Positions 10,240 through 19,785 are shown, counted from the first letter of the stretch. The stretch: DNA of 64,000 nt from Proteobacteria bacterium SG_bin9 (GCA_002083525.1 LWDM01000050.1:26032-90031), one strand, 5' to 3'. Translations and numbers: made by a program. Notes: generated from the letters alone by a model not told the origin.

Positions 10240-11172
10240 CTAGGAGGTCAAAGCCGCTGCGGTTGAGCCCAAAAAGGTATCGACTTCAATACGTTGGGGC
10301 GAAGCAAAGGCTCCCCCGAAGCGCGTGCATTTCAGGGCTGCAGTTGCAGAAGCAAAGCGCATCGCCTGTTCGATCGGCTGGCCCTCGGCGATTGCGAGCG
10401 TGAAAGCACCGTGGAAGGCGTCGCCGGCGCCGAGCGTGTCGACGGTGTGCACCGGGAATGCCGGCATGTGCTGCGGCTGTCCGCCGTGCCCAAGCCAGGT
10501 CACGCCGCGTGCGCCGGTGGTCACGCCAAGGAACGCCGGCGAAACGCTTGCCATCTTGCGCAGCGCGCCGATGTCATCCTTCAGTCCGGCGGTCGCGTGT
10601 AGCGCTTCCTCCGAGAAGATGATGTGCGACGACGCATTGAGAATGCCCTCGCGCTGCGACATCACGCGATCGGCGTCGATGACAACGGGGATGCCGCGGC
10701 GTGTTGCTTCGGCGCAGACGTCGGTGACGAACTCGGCGCAGCGGCTCTCGGTGAGGATCGCGTCGATGTTCTGCAGCAGCGTGTCCGGCTTCGGAAGCTT
10801 GACGCCCCACAGCTTCGGGTCGCGAAAGGTCACGATGGTGCGTTCGCCGGATGGGTCGATCATCACATTGGAAATGGGCGTGATCAGACCGTCCATTTCG
10901 ATCAGTCCGCTGGTATCGATGCCTTCGTTGGCCATCGCATCGTAGATCGAGGCATTCGACGCCTCGCGGCCCAGCGGCCCGCACAACGTGACGCGGCCGC
11001 CGAGCCGCGAAATCGTAATGGCGGCGTTCAATGCATTTCCACCGGTGATTTCGGAGAAGCTGGAGGCGCTCACCTTACTGCCGCGCGCGGGCACTTCCTC
11101 GATGCGATAGATGAGATCACGCACGGGAATGCCGATGCAGAGGATGCGCAGCTGCTTATCTGACTGTTTCAT
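10240..11172 (-). CDS. PfkB-family sugar/nucleoside kinase
   Basis: 310 aa with 'GGNALNAA' near the N-terminus and C-terminal 'DTLGAGDAFHGAF' (PfkB signature 2). Confidence 0.85.
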   Translation of the reverse strand: MKQSDKQLRILCIGIPVRDLIYRIEEVPARGSKVSASSFSEITGGNALNAAITISRLGGRVTLCGPLGREASNASIYDAMANEGIDTSGLIEMDGLITPISNVMIDPSGERTIVTFRDPKLWGVKLPKPDTLLQNIDAILTESRCAEFVTDVCAEATRRGIPVVIDADRVMSQREGILNASSHIIFSEEALHATAGLKDDIGALRKMASVSPAFLGVTTGARGVTWLGHGGQPQHMPAFPVHTVDTLGAGDAFHGAFTLAIAEGQPIEQAMRFASATAALKCTRFGGAFASPQRIEVDTFLGSTAAALTS

Positions 11173-11198
11173 GCGGATATGCTCCAGATGACCGTCAA

Positions 11199-11304
11199 TC
11201 CGGGACGCGCGGTACGCGCGGACCCGGAATCCAAATCTCCGCAGGGAGTGATTTGGATAGTTGGATTCCGGGTTCGCTCGCTATGCTCGCGCCCCGGAAT
11301 GACA
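11199..11304. repeat. Intergenic palindromic repeat element (family C)
   Basis: Nested inverted repeats 'cccggaatccaaatc ... gatttggatagttggattccggg' followed by 'ttcgctcgctatgctcgcgccccggaatgaca', between the pfkB start and the nudC stop. This resembles REP-like elements that I recall as common in Bradyrhizobiaceae intergenic DNA. Confidence 0.55.
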
Positions 11305-11361
11305 GGTTTGTTGCGGTGGGCATTATCGATAACCGATCTAACCCCTACCGGTTCCGCTGCT

Positions 11362-12294
11362 TCAGTCTTCCAGCCACTGGCCGAGCAGATGATGCGCGAT
11401 TGCGACCGGATGCGGGCCGGTGAGGCCGTCCGGATGCTCGCGCTTCAGCATCAATCGCGCATCGTCGCGACTGAACCAGCGCGCATCCTCGAGCTCCATG
11501 CGGTCGACCACAATCTCGTCGGTGGTCGCGACCGCCGTGCAGCCGATCATCAGCGATGAGGGATAGGGCCAAGGTTGCGCAAGGTAATAGCCCACATCGC
11601 TGCAGACGATGCCGGATTCCTCGAGGATTTCGCGGCGGACCGCATCCTCGATGGTTTCGGCGACCTCGACAAAGCCGGCGAGACACGACCACATGCCCGG
11701 CGGGAACTGCTTCTGCCGGCCGAGCAGGACCTTGTCGCCCTTCGTCACCAGCATGATGACGACCGGATCGGTGCGCGGAAAATGCTCGGTCTTGCAGTTC
11801 GGGCAATCGCGCTTCCAGCCGCCGTTGCTCATCGACGAGCGCGTGCCGCAGTTGCAGCAGAAGCCGTTGCGCTGATGCCAGCTGACCAGCGACTTCGCCA
11901 TGGCGATGGTCGAGAGCTCCTGCGGCGGCAGCGCGCCTTGCGTGATCTGCGCGCGCAGATCGCCGACCACGACATCATTACGGCCGATCAGTTTTTCGAC
12001 TGCCGGCGCGGGAATGCCCATGCCGAACACGGCTGCGCCATCGCGCAGGCCGAGAAAGATCGTGCCGGGGTTGGCGCCGTAGCTGCGCGCTTCATCGAGT
12101 GTGAGGCAGGCGCGGGGGCCGTCCGCGTCCTGCTTCACCAGGATGGAGTCGCGGTACATCACGTAAGCGCGGGCGTTGCGATGACTTTCGAGCGCGAACA
12201 GCTTCTCGTTGTCGTCGCGCAGATGCGCGGCGCGATCGATCGGGTGCGACACGAACCCCGGTTGCCCCAGCGGAAACGGCTTTGTTGTTGTCAT
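11362..12294 (-). CDS. nudC: NAD(+) diphosphatase (NADH pyrophosphatase), Nudix family
   Basis: Zinc ribbon 'CCNCG...CPNC' followed by the Nudix box 'GFVEVAETIEDAVRREILEESG'; 310 aa. Confidence 0.88.
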   Translation of the reverse strand: MTTTKPFPLGQPGFVSHPIDRAAHLRDDNEKLFALESHRNARAYVMYRDSILVKQDADGPRACLTLDEARSYGANPGTIFLGLRDGAAVFGMGIPAPAVEKLIGRNDVVVGDLRAQITQGALPPQELSTIAMAKSLVSWHQRNGFCCNCGTRSSMSNGGWKRDCPNCKTEHFPRTDPVVIMLVTKGDKVLLGRQKQFPPGMWSCLAGFVEVAETIEDAVRREILEESGIVCSDVGYYLAQPWPYPSSLMIGCTAVATTDEIVVDRMELEDARWFSRDDARLMLKREHPDGLTGPHPVAIAHHLLGQWLED

Positions 12295-12316
12295 CGTTTA
12301 TTTGAGCCTCAAGCCT

Positions 12317-12368
12317 TGGGGCATGATCTGATCCGAAAACCGGTGCCCACTTTTCGGGATCATGCCCC
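12317..12368. repeat. Intergenic palindromic repeat element (family B copy)
   Basis: 'ggggcatgatctgatccgaaaaccggtgcccacttttcgggatcatgcccc' has outer arms ggggcatgatc/gatcatgcccc and inner arms ccgaaaa/ttttcgg. Related copies lie at 24173, 27860 and 27922, with a degenerate one at 49445. Confidence 0.75.
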
Positions 12369-12788
12369 GAGCCAAATCTTACGGCGCAGCGCCGCGATGA
12401 ATGTCTTCACTTCCTCGGGATCATGATCGAGCGCCGGCACCACGCCCCACACCGGACGCGGCCAGGCCGCATCGGTCCTGCGGCGGGCGATGATGTGCAT
12501 GTGGAGCTGCGGCACCACGTTGCCGAGTGCGGCGATGTTGAGCTTGTCCGGCTTGGTGATGTCTTTCAGCGCGCGGGCGACGCGCGTGGTCTCGGTCATC
12601 AGCTGCGCTTGCTCGACTTCATCGAGATCGATCAGATCGACGATGTCGGGCCGCCGCGGCACCAAAAGCAGCCACGGATAATTGGCGTCCTTGATGACGA
12701 GGACCCGCGACAGCGGCAGGTCGCCGATGTCGATGGTGTCCTTGGCGAGTTGCGGGTGAAGCGACCAGTTCGAAGATGAGGCGGGCAT
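12360..12788 (-). CDS. HIT family protein (histidine triad hydrolase)
   Basis: Histidine triad 'QLHMHIIARR'. Start placed at the internal ATG (MPASSSNW) at 12788; the track ORF extends to 12818. Confidence 0.85.
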   Translation of the reverse strand: MPASSSNWSLHPQLAKDTIDIGDLPLSRVLVIKDANYPWLLLVPRRPDIVDLIDLDEVEQAQLMTETTRVARALKDITKPDKLNIAALGNVVPQLHMHIIARRRTDAAWPRPVWGVVPALDHDPEEVKTFIAALRRKIWLGA

Positions 12789-12967
12789 GCCAATCTTTTG
12801 TTGAAAAACACCACGCAACGCAAGCTGTGCCGTTCACAATCGGGGCGGGCAGTAACGTCCGTTTCGGCCCATTTTTGGCAGGATTCCGGGCCTGTTCCAC
12901 ACCTTTTGCCGCGGATTTCCAGGCCGTGCGCGGCTTGCTTTCCGGACCCATTCGGACCAAATAGATG

Positions 12968-13067
12968 CCGGGAGATTGGCAGTGGACGAGCCACTCGCCA
13001 ACCGGGTCAGGTCCGGAAGGAAGCAGCCCTAACGAGATCCGGGTCGGGTCGCTTGTCAGTCTCCTAC
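12968..13067 (+). ncRNA. ffs: Signal recognition particle RNA (4.5S, small bacterial type)
   Basis: Contains the near-invariant domain IV sequence 'GGUCAGGUCCGGAAGGAAGCAGCC'. The flanks 'ggagattggcag' and 'cttgtcagtctcc' can pair as the closing helix. It lies immediately upstream of dnaX, the usual alpha-proteobacterial position. Ends are +/-5 nt. Confidence 0.9.
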
Positions 13068-13145
13068 TAATTTTTGCACGCTCCCGATCCAGCTTGGATT
13101 ATTGCGCAGCGTGTGTCCCAGACGAACTCTATTCCGGACCGCTTG

Positions 13146-14972
13146 ATGGCTGATGCTGGACATTCCGGACCGGATCACCAGAGCGGTTTCGATCTGGGTG
13201 AAACCGGCCCGCCGAAAACCTATCGCGTCCTCGCGCGCAAATACCGCCCTTCCGGCTTCGACGATCTGATCGGCCAGGAGGCGATGGTCCGCACGGTCTC
13301 GAATGCGTTCGAGACCGGCCGTATTCCGCAAGCTTGGATACTGACCGGCATCCGTGGTGTCGGCAAAACCACGACCGCGCGCATTCTTGCCCGCGCGCTC
13401 AACTATGAATTGGCCGACGGCTCGGTGAAGGGCCCGGCGATCCACATGCCCACGATGGGCGTGCACTGTCAGGCGATCATGGAAAGCCGGCACATCGACG
13501 TGCTGGAGATGGACGCCGCGTCCCACACCGGCATCGACGACGTGCGGCAGATCACCGACGGCGTTCGCTATGCACCGTCAAGCGCGCGCTACAAGGTCTA
13601 CATCATCGACGAAGTTCACATGCTCTCGGAAAAGGCGTTCAACGCCTTCCTGAAGACGCTCGAAGAGCCGCCGGAGCACGCCAAGTTCATTTTCGCGACC
13701 ACTGAAATCCGGCAGGTGCCGGTGACGGTGCTGTCGCGCTGTCAGCGTTTCGATCTGCGCCGCGTCGATGCTGACGTACTGATGACGCATCTCGGCAACA
13801 TCGCCGCCAAGGAAAGCGTCAAGGCGGAGCCGGAAGCGCTCGGCCTGATCGCGCGCGCGGCCGAAGGTTCGGTGCGCGACTCGCTCTCGCTGTTCGATCA
13901 GGCGATCGCGCATGCGGCGGGTGAGGTGAAGGCCGACGACGTGCGGCAGATGCTCGGCCTCGCCGACCGCACGCGCGTGATGGATCTGTTTGAGTCGCTC
14001 GCCAAGGGCGACATCGCCTCAGCCTTCAAGGAATTCCGCGACCAGTACGACACCGGCGCCGATCCGGTGGTGGTGCTGAGCGATCTCGCCGAGTTCGTGA
14101 ATTTCGTGACGCGGGTGAAAGTCGTCCCGGCAACCGCCGACAACGTCTCGCTCGGCGAGACGGAGCGGCAGCGCGGACGTGAGTTCGCTTTGAGGCTGTC
14201 GATGCGCGTGCTCTCGCGCATGTGGCAGATGCTGCTCAAGGGCATCGCCGAGGTTCAGGAGGCGACCCGTCCACAGGCGGCGGCCGAAATGGTGCTGGTG
14301 CGGATTGCCTACGTCGCCGACCTGCCGACGCCGGACGAGGCGATCCGGATGATCGATCAGGGCAACGGCGCGTCGACCGTGGGACAAAATGGTGGTGCTC
14401 GTCCAGCGAACGGCGGCGGTGGCGCATCGATGTCCGCGACGCCTCCGGCGCCGCGTGCGGTGGCGCAACGCATCGGCGGCGAGACGCAAGCACGCGCTCA
14501 AATGCCGACGCCTGCTCCAGCTGCTGCCTCCGAGCCGGCCGCGCACCGCCGCATCGATACATATCCGGCGCTGGTGGCGCTGGCCGCCGAGAAACGCGAT
14601 CTGCAGATCAAGGCCGGGCTCGAAGCCGATTTGCGTCTAGTGCGCATGGAAGACGGCCGCCTCGAAGTGGCGCTGGAGCGCAGCGCCGCGCGGACTCTGG
14701 TCAACGAACTGTCGCGCAAACTCGAACAGTGGACCGGGCGGCGCTGGACGGTGGTCGTCTCGAATGAACAAGGCCAACCGACGCTGCGCGAGCAGGCGAA
14801 GGCCGACAAGGACGAACTCACGCGCGGCGTTCACGAAGACCCGCGCATCAAGGCGGTGATGGCGCGCTTCCCGGGCACACAGGTGATCGACGTGCGCAAG
14901 CTCGCACCCGAACTGCCATCGGACGATACTCACGATCCGCCGCCGGACGATCTCGACGGCGACGATCGCTAA
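13146..14972 (+). CDS. dnaX: DNA polymerase III subunits gamma/tau
   Basis: 'YRVLARKYRPSGFDDLIGQEAMV', Walker A 'GIRGVGKTTTARILA', 'IIDEVHMLS' and a Pro/Ala-rich linker. Start placed at ATG 13146 (MADAGHS), downstream of ffs. Confidence 0.92.
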   Translation: MADAGHSGPDHQSGFDLGETGPPKTYRVLARKYRPSGFDDLIGQEAMVRTVSNAFETGRIPQAWILTGIRGVGKTTTARILARALNYELADGSVKGPAIHMPTMGVHCQAIMESRHIDVLEMDAASHTGIDDVRQITDGVRYAPSSARYKVYIIDEVHMLSEKAFNAFLKTLEEPPEHAKFIFATTEIRQVPVTVLSRCQRFDLRRVDADVLMTHLGNIAAKESVKAEPEALGLIARAAEGSVRDSLSLFDQAIAHAAGEVKADDVRQMLGLADRTRVMDLFESLAKGDIASAFKEFRDQYDTGADPVVVLSDLAEFVNFVTRVKVVPATADNVSLGETERQRGREFALRLSMRVLSRMWQMLLKGIAEVQEATRPQAAAEMVLVRIAYVADLPTPDEAIRMIDQGNGASTVGQNGGARPANGGGGASMSATPPAPRAVAQRIGGETQARAQMPTPAPAAASEPAAHRRIDTYPALVALAAEKRDLQIKAGLEADLRLVRMEDGRLEVALERSAARTLVNELSRKLEQWTGRRWTVVVSNEQGQPTLREQAKADKDELTRGVHEDPRIKAVMARFPGTQVIDVRKLAPELPSDDTHDPPPDDLDGDDR

Positions 14973-14991
14973 CCTTTCAACTTAGGAACGG

Positions 14992-15246
14992 ATGATGGCT
15001 GACTTTCTCGGCATGATGAAGCAGGCGGCGCAGCTGCAATCGAAGATGAAGGAAATGCAGGAACAGCTCGACCATATCGAGGTCGAGGGCATTTCCGGCG
15101 GCGGCCTCGTCAGCGTGCGCATGACCGCGAAGATGGACGTGAAGGGCATCAAGATCGATCCGTCGCTGATGAAGCCGGAAGAGGCCGAGATTCTCGAAGA
15201 TCTGCTCGTGACCGCCATGGGCGATGCTCGCCGCAAGGCCGAGTAG
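14992..15246 (+). CDS. ybaB: Nucleoid-associated protein YbaB/EbfC, ending at a premature in-frame TAG (84 aa instead of ~107)
   Basis: '[55 protein letters not shown]' is typical YbaB. After TAG at 15244 the same frame continues '[22 protein letters not shown]' to 15315, which is the conserved YbaB C-terminal tail. Confidence 0.85.
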   Translation: MMADFLGMMKQAAQLQSKMKEMQEQLDHIEVEGISGGGLVSVRMTAKMDVKGIKIDPSLMKPEEAEILEDLLVTAMGDARRKAE

Positions 15247-15316
15247 GCGATGCAGCAGAAGATGCAGGAACTGACGGGCGGCTTATCGCTGCCGCCGGGC
15301 CTCGGTTTCTCCTAAT

Positions 15317-15396
15317 CGTCATTGCGAGCGAAGCGAAGCAATCCAGTCGCAACCGAAATCTGGATTGCTTCGTCGCTGCGCTCCTCGCAATGACGA
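15317..15396. repeat. Intergenic palindromic repeat element (family A copy 1)
   Basis: 'tcgtcattgcgagcgaagcgaagcaatccag ... ctggattgcttcgtcgctgcgctcctcgcaatgacga'. The long imperfect inverted repeat shares a ~37-nt arm with the element at 21466..21582. Confidence 0.8.
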
Positions 15397-15422
15397 CATC
15401 AATCGTCTATGAGATTCGTCTG

Positions 15423-16028
15423 ATGTCTTCTTCCGTTGCCGGACCAGAAATCGAACGGCTGATACAGTTGCTCGCGCGGCTGCCGGGGCTTGGCCCCCGC
15501 TCGGCGCGGCGCGCGGCGCTGCATCTGATCAAGAAGCGTGATGCGCTGATGATCCCGCTCGCGGCCGCGCTCGACGTGGCGATCGACAAGGTCCAGGTGT
15601 GCAAGACCTGCGGCAACATCGATACGCAGAATCCCTGCACCGTCTGTACCGATCCGCGGCGTGACGACGCCATCATCGTCGTCGTCGCCGATGTGGCGGA
15701 TTTGTGGGCGCTCGAACGCGCTCGTGCCACAAGCGGGCGCTATCACGTGCTCGGCGCGACACTGTCGCCGCTCGATGGCGTTGGCCCGCAGGACCTCACC
15801 ATCGACGCGCTGGTCGCCCGCGCCCATGACGGCAAGGTGAGCGAGATCATCCTGGCGCTCAACGCGACCGTCGATGGGCAAACCACAGCACATTACATTA
15901 CCGATCTGCTGCAGGACGCCAATGTGCGAGTGACCCGCCTGGCGCACGGCGTGCCGGTCGGCGGCGAACTCGATTACCTCGATGAGGGGACGCTATCGGC
16001 CGCCATGCGGCAGCGAACCTTGTTCTAA
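15423..16028 (+). CDS. recR: Recombination protein RecR
   Basis: '[26 protein letters not shown]' (HhH), Cys4 zinc finger '[16 protein letters not shown]' and a Toprim domain. Start moved to ATG 15423 because the track start 15390 lies inside the repeat. Confidence 0.92.
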   Translation: MSSSVAGPEIERLIQLLARLPGLGPRSARRAALHLIKKRDALMIPLAAALDVAIDKVQVCKTCGNIDTQNPCTVCTDPRRDDAIIVVVADVADLWALERARATSGRYHVLGATLSPLDGVGPQDLTIDALVARAHDGKVSEIILALNATVDGQTTAHYITDLLQDANVRVTRLAHGVPVGGELDYLDEGTLSAAMRQRTLF

Positions 16029-16047
16029 CTTCAAGAGACCTAGCGAT

Positions 16048-16443
16048 ATGACTTCACGACTGATCACCCGCGTCGCGGTAAGCGCGCTTTCCGCTCTGTT
16101 CATCGTTGCCGCGCAGGCTGACGCTGAGGCCCAGCAAGCCCTGAAGCCGGGCGACGTGCTCTCTGGCAAGCTGAATGCCATGCGCAGCCGCGCCAAGGGC
16201 AAGCGGGTCAATACGTTCCAAATGGTTTCGGAGCCGCGCAAACTGCCGGGCGCCGACGGGCTCTGCAATCTCGAGACCGGGCCGGAGACGTTCCAGATCG
16301 TCACCCACAGCGACGATGAGGCGAAGCAGCTCAAGGGGCTGATCGGCAAGACCGTCTCGATCAAGGTCAGCGAGATGTCGTGCGCGCAGGTCGCCGGCCA
16401 GATGAGCGACGCGATCGTGACGAAGTGGAGCGTTGTGCGCTAG
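16048..16443 (+). CDS. Secreted hypothetical protein (131 aa)
   Basis: The internal ATG gives a signal peptide 'MTSRLITRVAVSALSALFIVAAQADA'. No family recognised. Its stop overlaps the convergent ampG stop. Confidence 0.6.
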   Translation: MTSRLITRVAVSALSALFIVAAQADAEAQQALKPGDVLSGKLNAMRSRAKGKRVNTFQMVSEPRKLPGADGLCNLETGPETFQIVTHSDDEAKQLKGLIGKTVSIKVSEMSCAQVAGQMSDAIVTKWSVVR

Positions 16444-17816
16444 CGCTGTTCGGCGCGCTTCAACTCGCCGAAATGCCCGCGATGCTGCAGCCATGCCAGC
16501 AGCAGCAGGCTCGGGATTGCCACCAGCACGCTTAGGATGAAGAACAGCGGCCAGCCGGTGGACTGCGCCACGAAGCCCGCGCCCGATGAAAGGTAGGTGC
16601 GGCCGATTGCCGAAAGCGCGGTGAGCAGAGCGTATTGGGTCGCGGTGTGCAGCGGGCTTTGGCACATCGATGTGATGTAAGCCAGAAAGATGACTGTGCC
16701 GATCGCGCCGGTGAAGCTTTCCACGGCAATGGTGAGCGCGAGCGCCCATTGATTGACGCCGACGAAGGCAAGCCACGAGAACGCGAGATTCGAGAGCGCT
16801 TGCAGGATGCCGCCGGTCCAGAGACACGCCTGAACCGACCATGCTCGGGCCAGAAAGGCGCCTGCGAAACCTCCCGCCAGCGTGGCGATGAGACCGACAC
16901 CTTTCACGATGGCCGCATAGTCCGTGCGCGTAAACCCCAGATCGATCACGAACGGCGCGGTCATGATGCCGGCGAATGCATCGGTGAACTTGTAAAGCAC
17001 CACGAAGGCCAGTACTGCAAACACGTCCTTGCGCAGCAGGAAATCCTGGAACGCGCCCTTGGTCGCGTTCATGATCCGCAGGAAGCCATCCATGCCCTGG
17101 GTTTCGGCCTCGGCGCGTTTCGATTGTTCGGGTTCGATCGCAAACAGTGTGGCAACGATGCCGATCAGAACCAATGCGGCCATCGTGACGTAGCCGAAGG
17201 TCCATGCCTGCGACTTGATATAACCCGACTTTTCGAAGCCGCTGACGAGAAACAACACACCGGCCGTGGAAACCAGCAGACCGATCCGGTAGGCGTTGAC
17301 GTACGCGGCCATGCCGTCGGCTTGTTCGTTATCCGGCAGGCTCTCGACGCGGAATGCGTCGATGACGATGTCCTGAGTCGCCGATGCGGTTGCCACCATC
17401 AGCGCGCCGATGACGACGGCGAGCGGCGATTGAACCGGATCGGTCAATCCGAGCAGGACGATCGCAGCGATCAGCAGAAGCTGGCTGAAGACCAGCCAGC
17501 CGCGGCGGCGGCCGAGCCAGCGTGTCAGCAGCGGCACATGCAGCGCATCGACCAGCGGTGCCCACAGGAACTTGATCGTGTAGGGCGTGCCGATGAGTGC
17601 AAAAAGACCGATGGTTTTGAGATCGACGCCCGACTCGCGCATCCAGATCGAAAGCGTAGAGCCCGACAGCGCCAGCGGCAGGCCGGACGAGAAGCCGAGA
17701 AACAGCACCACCAGCATGCGCGGGCGCAGATAGATCGTCAGTGCCTCAAACCACGAGGTGCGCGCCTTGATCTTGTCGTCAGCGGTGGAGGGTGACGTCG
17801 CGTCGGGGGCTGTCAT
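16440..17816 (-). CDS. ampG: AmpG-family muropeptide MFS permease
   Basis: 458 aa with 12+ TM helices. The N-terminal 'LVVLFLGFSSGLPLALSGSTLSIWMRESGVDLKTIGLFALIGTPYTIKFLWAPLVD' matches AmpG/PAT-family signatures. Confidence 0.88.
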   Translation of the reverse strand: MTAPDATSPSTADDKIKARTSWFEALTIYLRPRMLVVLFLGFSSGLPLALSGSTLSIWMRESGVDLKTIGLFALIGTPYTIKFLWAPLVDALHVPLLTRWLGRRRGWLVFSQLLLIAAIVLLGLTDPVQSPLAVVIGALMVATASATQDIVIDAFRVESLPDNEQADGMAAYVNAYRIGLLVSTAGVLFLVSGFEKSGYIKSQAWTFGYVTMAALVLIGIVATLFAIEPEQSKRAEAETQGMDGFLRIMNATKGAFQDFLLRKDVFAVLAFVVLYKFTDAFAGIMTAPFVIDLGFTRTDYAAIVKGVGLIATLAGGFAGAFLARAWSVQACLWTGGILQALSNLAFSWLAFVGVNQWALALTIAVESFTGAIGTVIFLAYITSMCQSPLHTATQYALLTALSAIGRTYLSSGAGFVAQSTGWPLFFILSVLVAIPSLLLLAWLQHRGHFGELKRAEQR

Positions 17817-17843
17817 GCCGCAGTGGTAGCAGATTCGAGGGAA

Positions 17844-19082
17844 CTACTCCCCCGCCTGCACCCTGCGGGCGAATTGCGGCGGGAACAGTTCGGTCGGCTG
17901 AGCCGCTCGGCCGCGCGGGGCCGGCTCGGGCGCCGCGTCGGTGCCCTCGAAATCGAGCTCCTCGATCTTGGCGGCGCGCTTGCCGATCTTGGCGACCGAG
18001 ATCAGCACCTGCCGTACGTCCTCGTTGACTTGCTCGAAATGGCTGCCGAGCTTGGACACGCGATCGCGCAGCCGCTCGATGTCGCCCATCATGTTGACGA
18101 CCTCGGTGCGCACCTGATCGGCCGCGTCGCGCATGCGCGCGTCTTTGAGTATCTGCTGCATGACCTGGATCGCCAGCATCAGGAGCGACGGCGACACCAG
18201 CACGACACGCGCGCGATAGGCCTTCTGCACGATATCGTCGAAGCTGTCGTGAATCTCCGCGTAGACCGATTCCGACGGCACGAACATCAGCGCCGTATCC
18301 TGCGTTTCGCCGGCGATCAGATATTTGTCGGCGATGTCGGTGACGTGGCGCATCAGATCCTGCCGCAGCCGCGCCGCCGCAGCCTTGCGATGCTCGTCCG
18401 AACGCGCTGCATGCAGCGCCGTGATTGCCTCCAGCGGAAACTTCGCGTCGATGCAGAGCGGCCGCTGATCCGGCAGAAACACCACGCAATCCGGGCGTTT
18501 TCCGTTCGGAAGCGTGTACTGGAATTCGTAGGAGCCGTTCGGCATGCCGTCCTGAACGATGGCTTCCATGCGTGCCTGGCCGAAGGCGCCGCGCGCCTGC
18601 TTGTTGGCGAGCACGTCGCGCAGCGTCGTCACCTGCGTCGTCAGGTCGGTGAGGTTCTTGTGCGCGTTGTCGATGATGCCGAGCCGCTCGTGCAGCACCC
18701 GCAGCGAATCCATCGTGTTGCGCGTGGTCTGTTCCATCGACTGGCCGACGCGATGTTGAACTGCGTCGAGCCGCTCGCTCACCGCGCGGGACATCTCGGA
18801 CTGCCGCCCGGCGAGCGCTTCGCCCATCGCCTGCATGCGGCCCGAACTTTCTGCCTGAGCGTGAAGCATATCCGCGAGGCGCTGCTCCAGTTCCTCAGTA
18901 CGGGCGGCTTGCGCTGCCGTGGCGATGGCCTGCGTGGTGGCCGCAGTCTCGCTGGCACGGCTGCCGCGCGCGATCACGATGACGATGGCGAGCAGTAGCA
19001 TCAGCGCGATCGCGCTGAACGCAATGAGAGCCATGGCGGTGGTGACGGGCACATCGCCCAGCATGAAGAGGATGTCTTGCAT
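17844..19082 (-). CDS. rmuC: DNA recombination protein RmuC
   Basis: N-terminal TM helix, long coiled coil, and a C-terminal RmuC nuclease-like domain ('FVPSESVYAE', 'VVLVSPSLLMLAIQ'). Confidence 0.88.
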   Translation of the reverse strand: MQDILFMLGDVPVTTAMALIAFSAIALMLLLAIVIVIARGSRASETAATTQAIATAAQAARTEELEQRLADMLHAQAESSGRMQAMGEALAGRQSEMSRAVSERLDAVQHRVGQSMEQTTRNTMDSLRVLHERLGIIDNAHKNLTDLTTQVTTLRDVLANKQARGAFGQARMEAIVQDGMPNGSYEFQYTLPNGKRPDCVVFLPDQRPLCIDAKFPLEAITALHAARSDEHRKAAAARLRQDLMRHVTDIADKYLIAGETQDTALMFVPSESVYAEIHDSFDDIVQKAYRARVVLVSPSLLMLAIQVMQQILKDARMRDAADQVRTEVVNMMGDIERLRDRVSKLGSHFEQVNEDVRQVLISVAKIGKRAAKIEELDFEGTDAAPEPAPRGRAAQPTELFPPQFARRVQAGE

Positions 19083-19231
19083 CTCTCGCTTGTAGCCGAT
19101 TCGGCGGATCGCGCGAACGAAAAGGGAACATTTATGGTTAATAGCAAGCTAATTTTTATGGTTAAGCGGGAGTTAACGCCTGTAGAACGCGGCAATTGAC
19201 CGGTTTCCGCGCGCCCATTACATCCGCGCGC

Positions 19232-19756
19232 ATGGCCATTCGTGAAATCATCGTGCTGCCCGACAAGCAGCTGCGGCTTGTCTCCAAGCCGATCGAAAAA
19301 GTCACCCCCGAGATCCGCAAGCTCGCCGACGACATGTTCGAAACCATGTACGACGCGCCGGGCATCGGTCTTGCGGCGATTCAAATCGCGCAGCCGCTGC
19401 GGCTGATCACGATGGATATTTCCAAGCGCGAGAAGGAAGAGGGCAGCGCCGAGCCGCGCGTTTTCATCAATCCGGAAATCATCGCGGCGTCGGAAGAGCT
19501 GTCGACGTACGAAGAGGGCTGCCTCTCGATCCCCGAATACTACGAGGAGGTCGAGCGGCCGGCGAAGGTGCGCGTGCGCTTCATGGACCTCGATGGCAAG
19601 ATTCACGAAGAGGATGCCGAGGGGCTCTACGCGACCTGCATCCAGCACGAGATCGATCATCTCAACGGCAAGCTGTTCGTGGACTATCTCTCCAAGCTCA
19701 AGCGCGACCGCGTGCTGAAGAAGTTCACCAAGGCGGCGAAGCTCTCGGGCAAATAG
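19232..19756 (+). CDS. def: Peptide deformylase
   Basis: Motifs 'GIGLAAIQI', 'EGCLS' and 'QHEIDHLNG'. Start placed at ATG 19232 ([11 protein letters not shown]). Confidence 0.95.
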   Translation: MAIREIIVLPDKQLRLVSKPIEKVTPEIRKLADDMFETMYDAPGIGLAAIQIAQPLRLITMDISKREKEEGSAEPRVFINPEIIAASEELSTYEEGCLSIPEYYEEVERPAKVRVRFMDLDGKIHEEDAEGLYATCIQHEIDHLNGKLFVDYLSKLKRDRVLKKFTKAAKLSGK

Positions 19757-19785
19757 CACCGGGCTCGCTCTTCAGAAGGGCAACC

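Noticed and set aside
13146-14972. Possible programmed -1 frameshift site in dnaX producing the gamma subunit, as in E. coli (A AAA AAG).
   Set aside because: I found no A-AAA-AAG-type slippery heptamer in the gene by eye. Alpha-proteobacteria are not known to use this mechanism, so there is nothing to support it.
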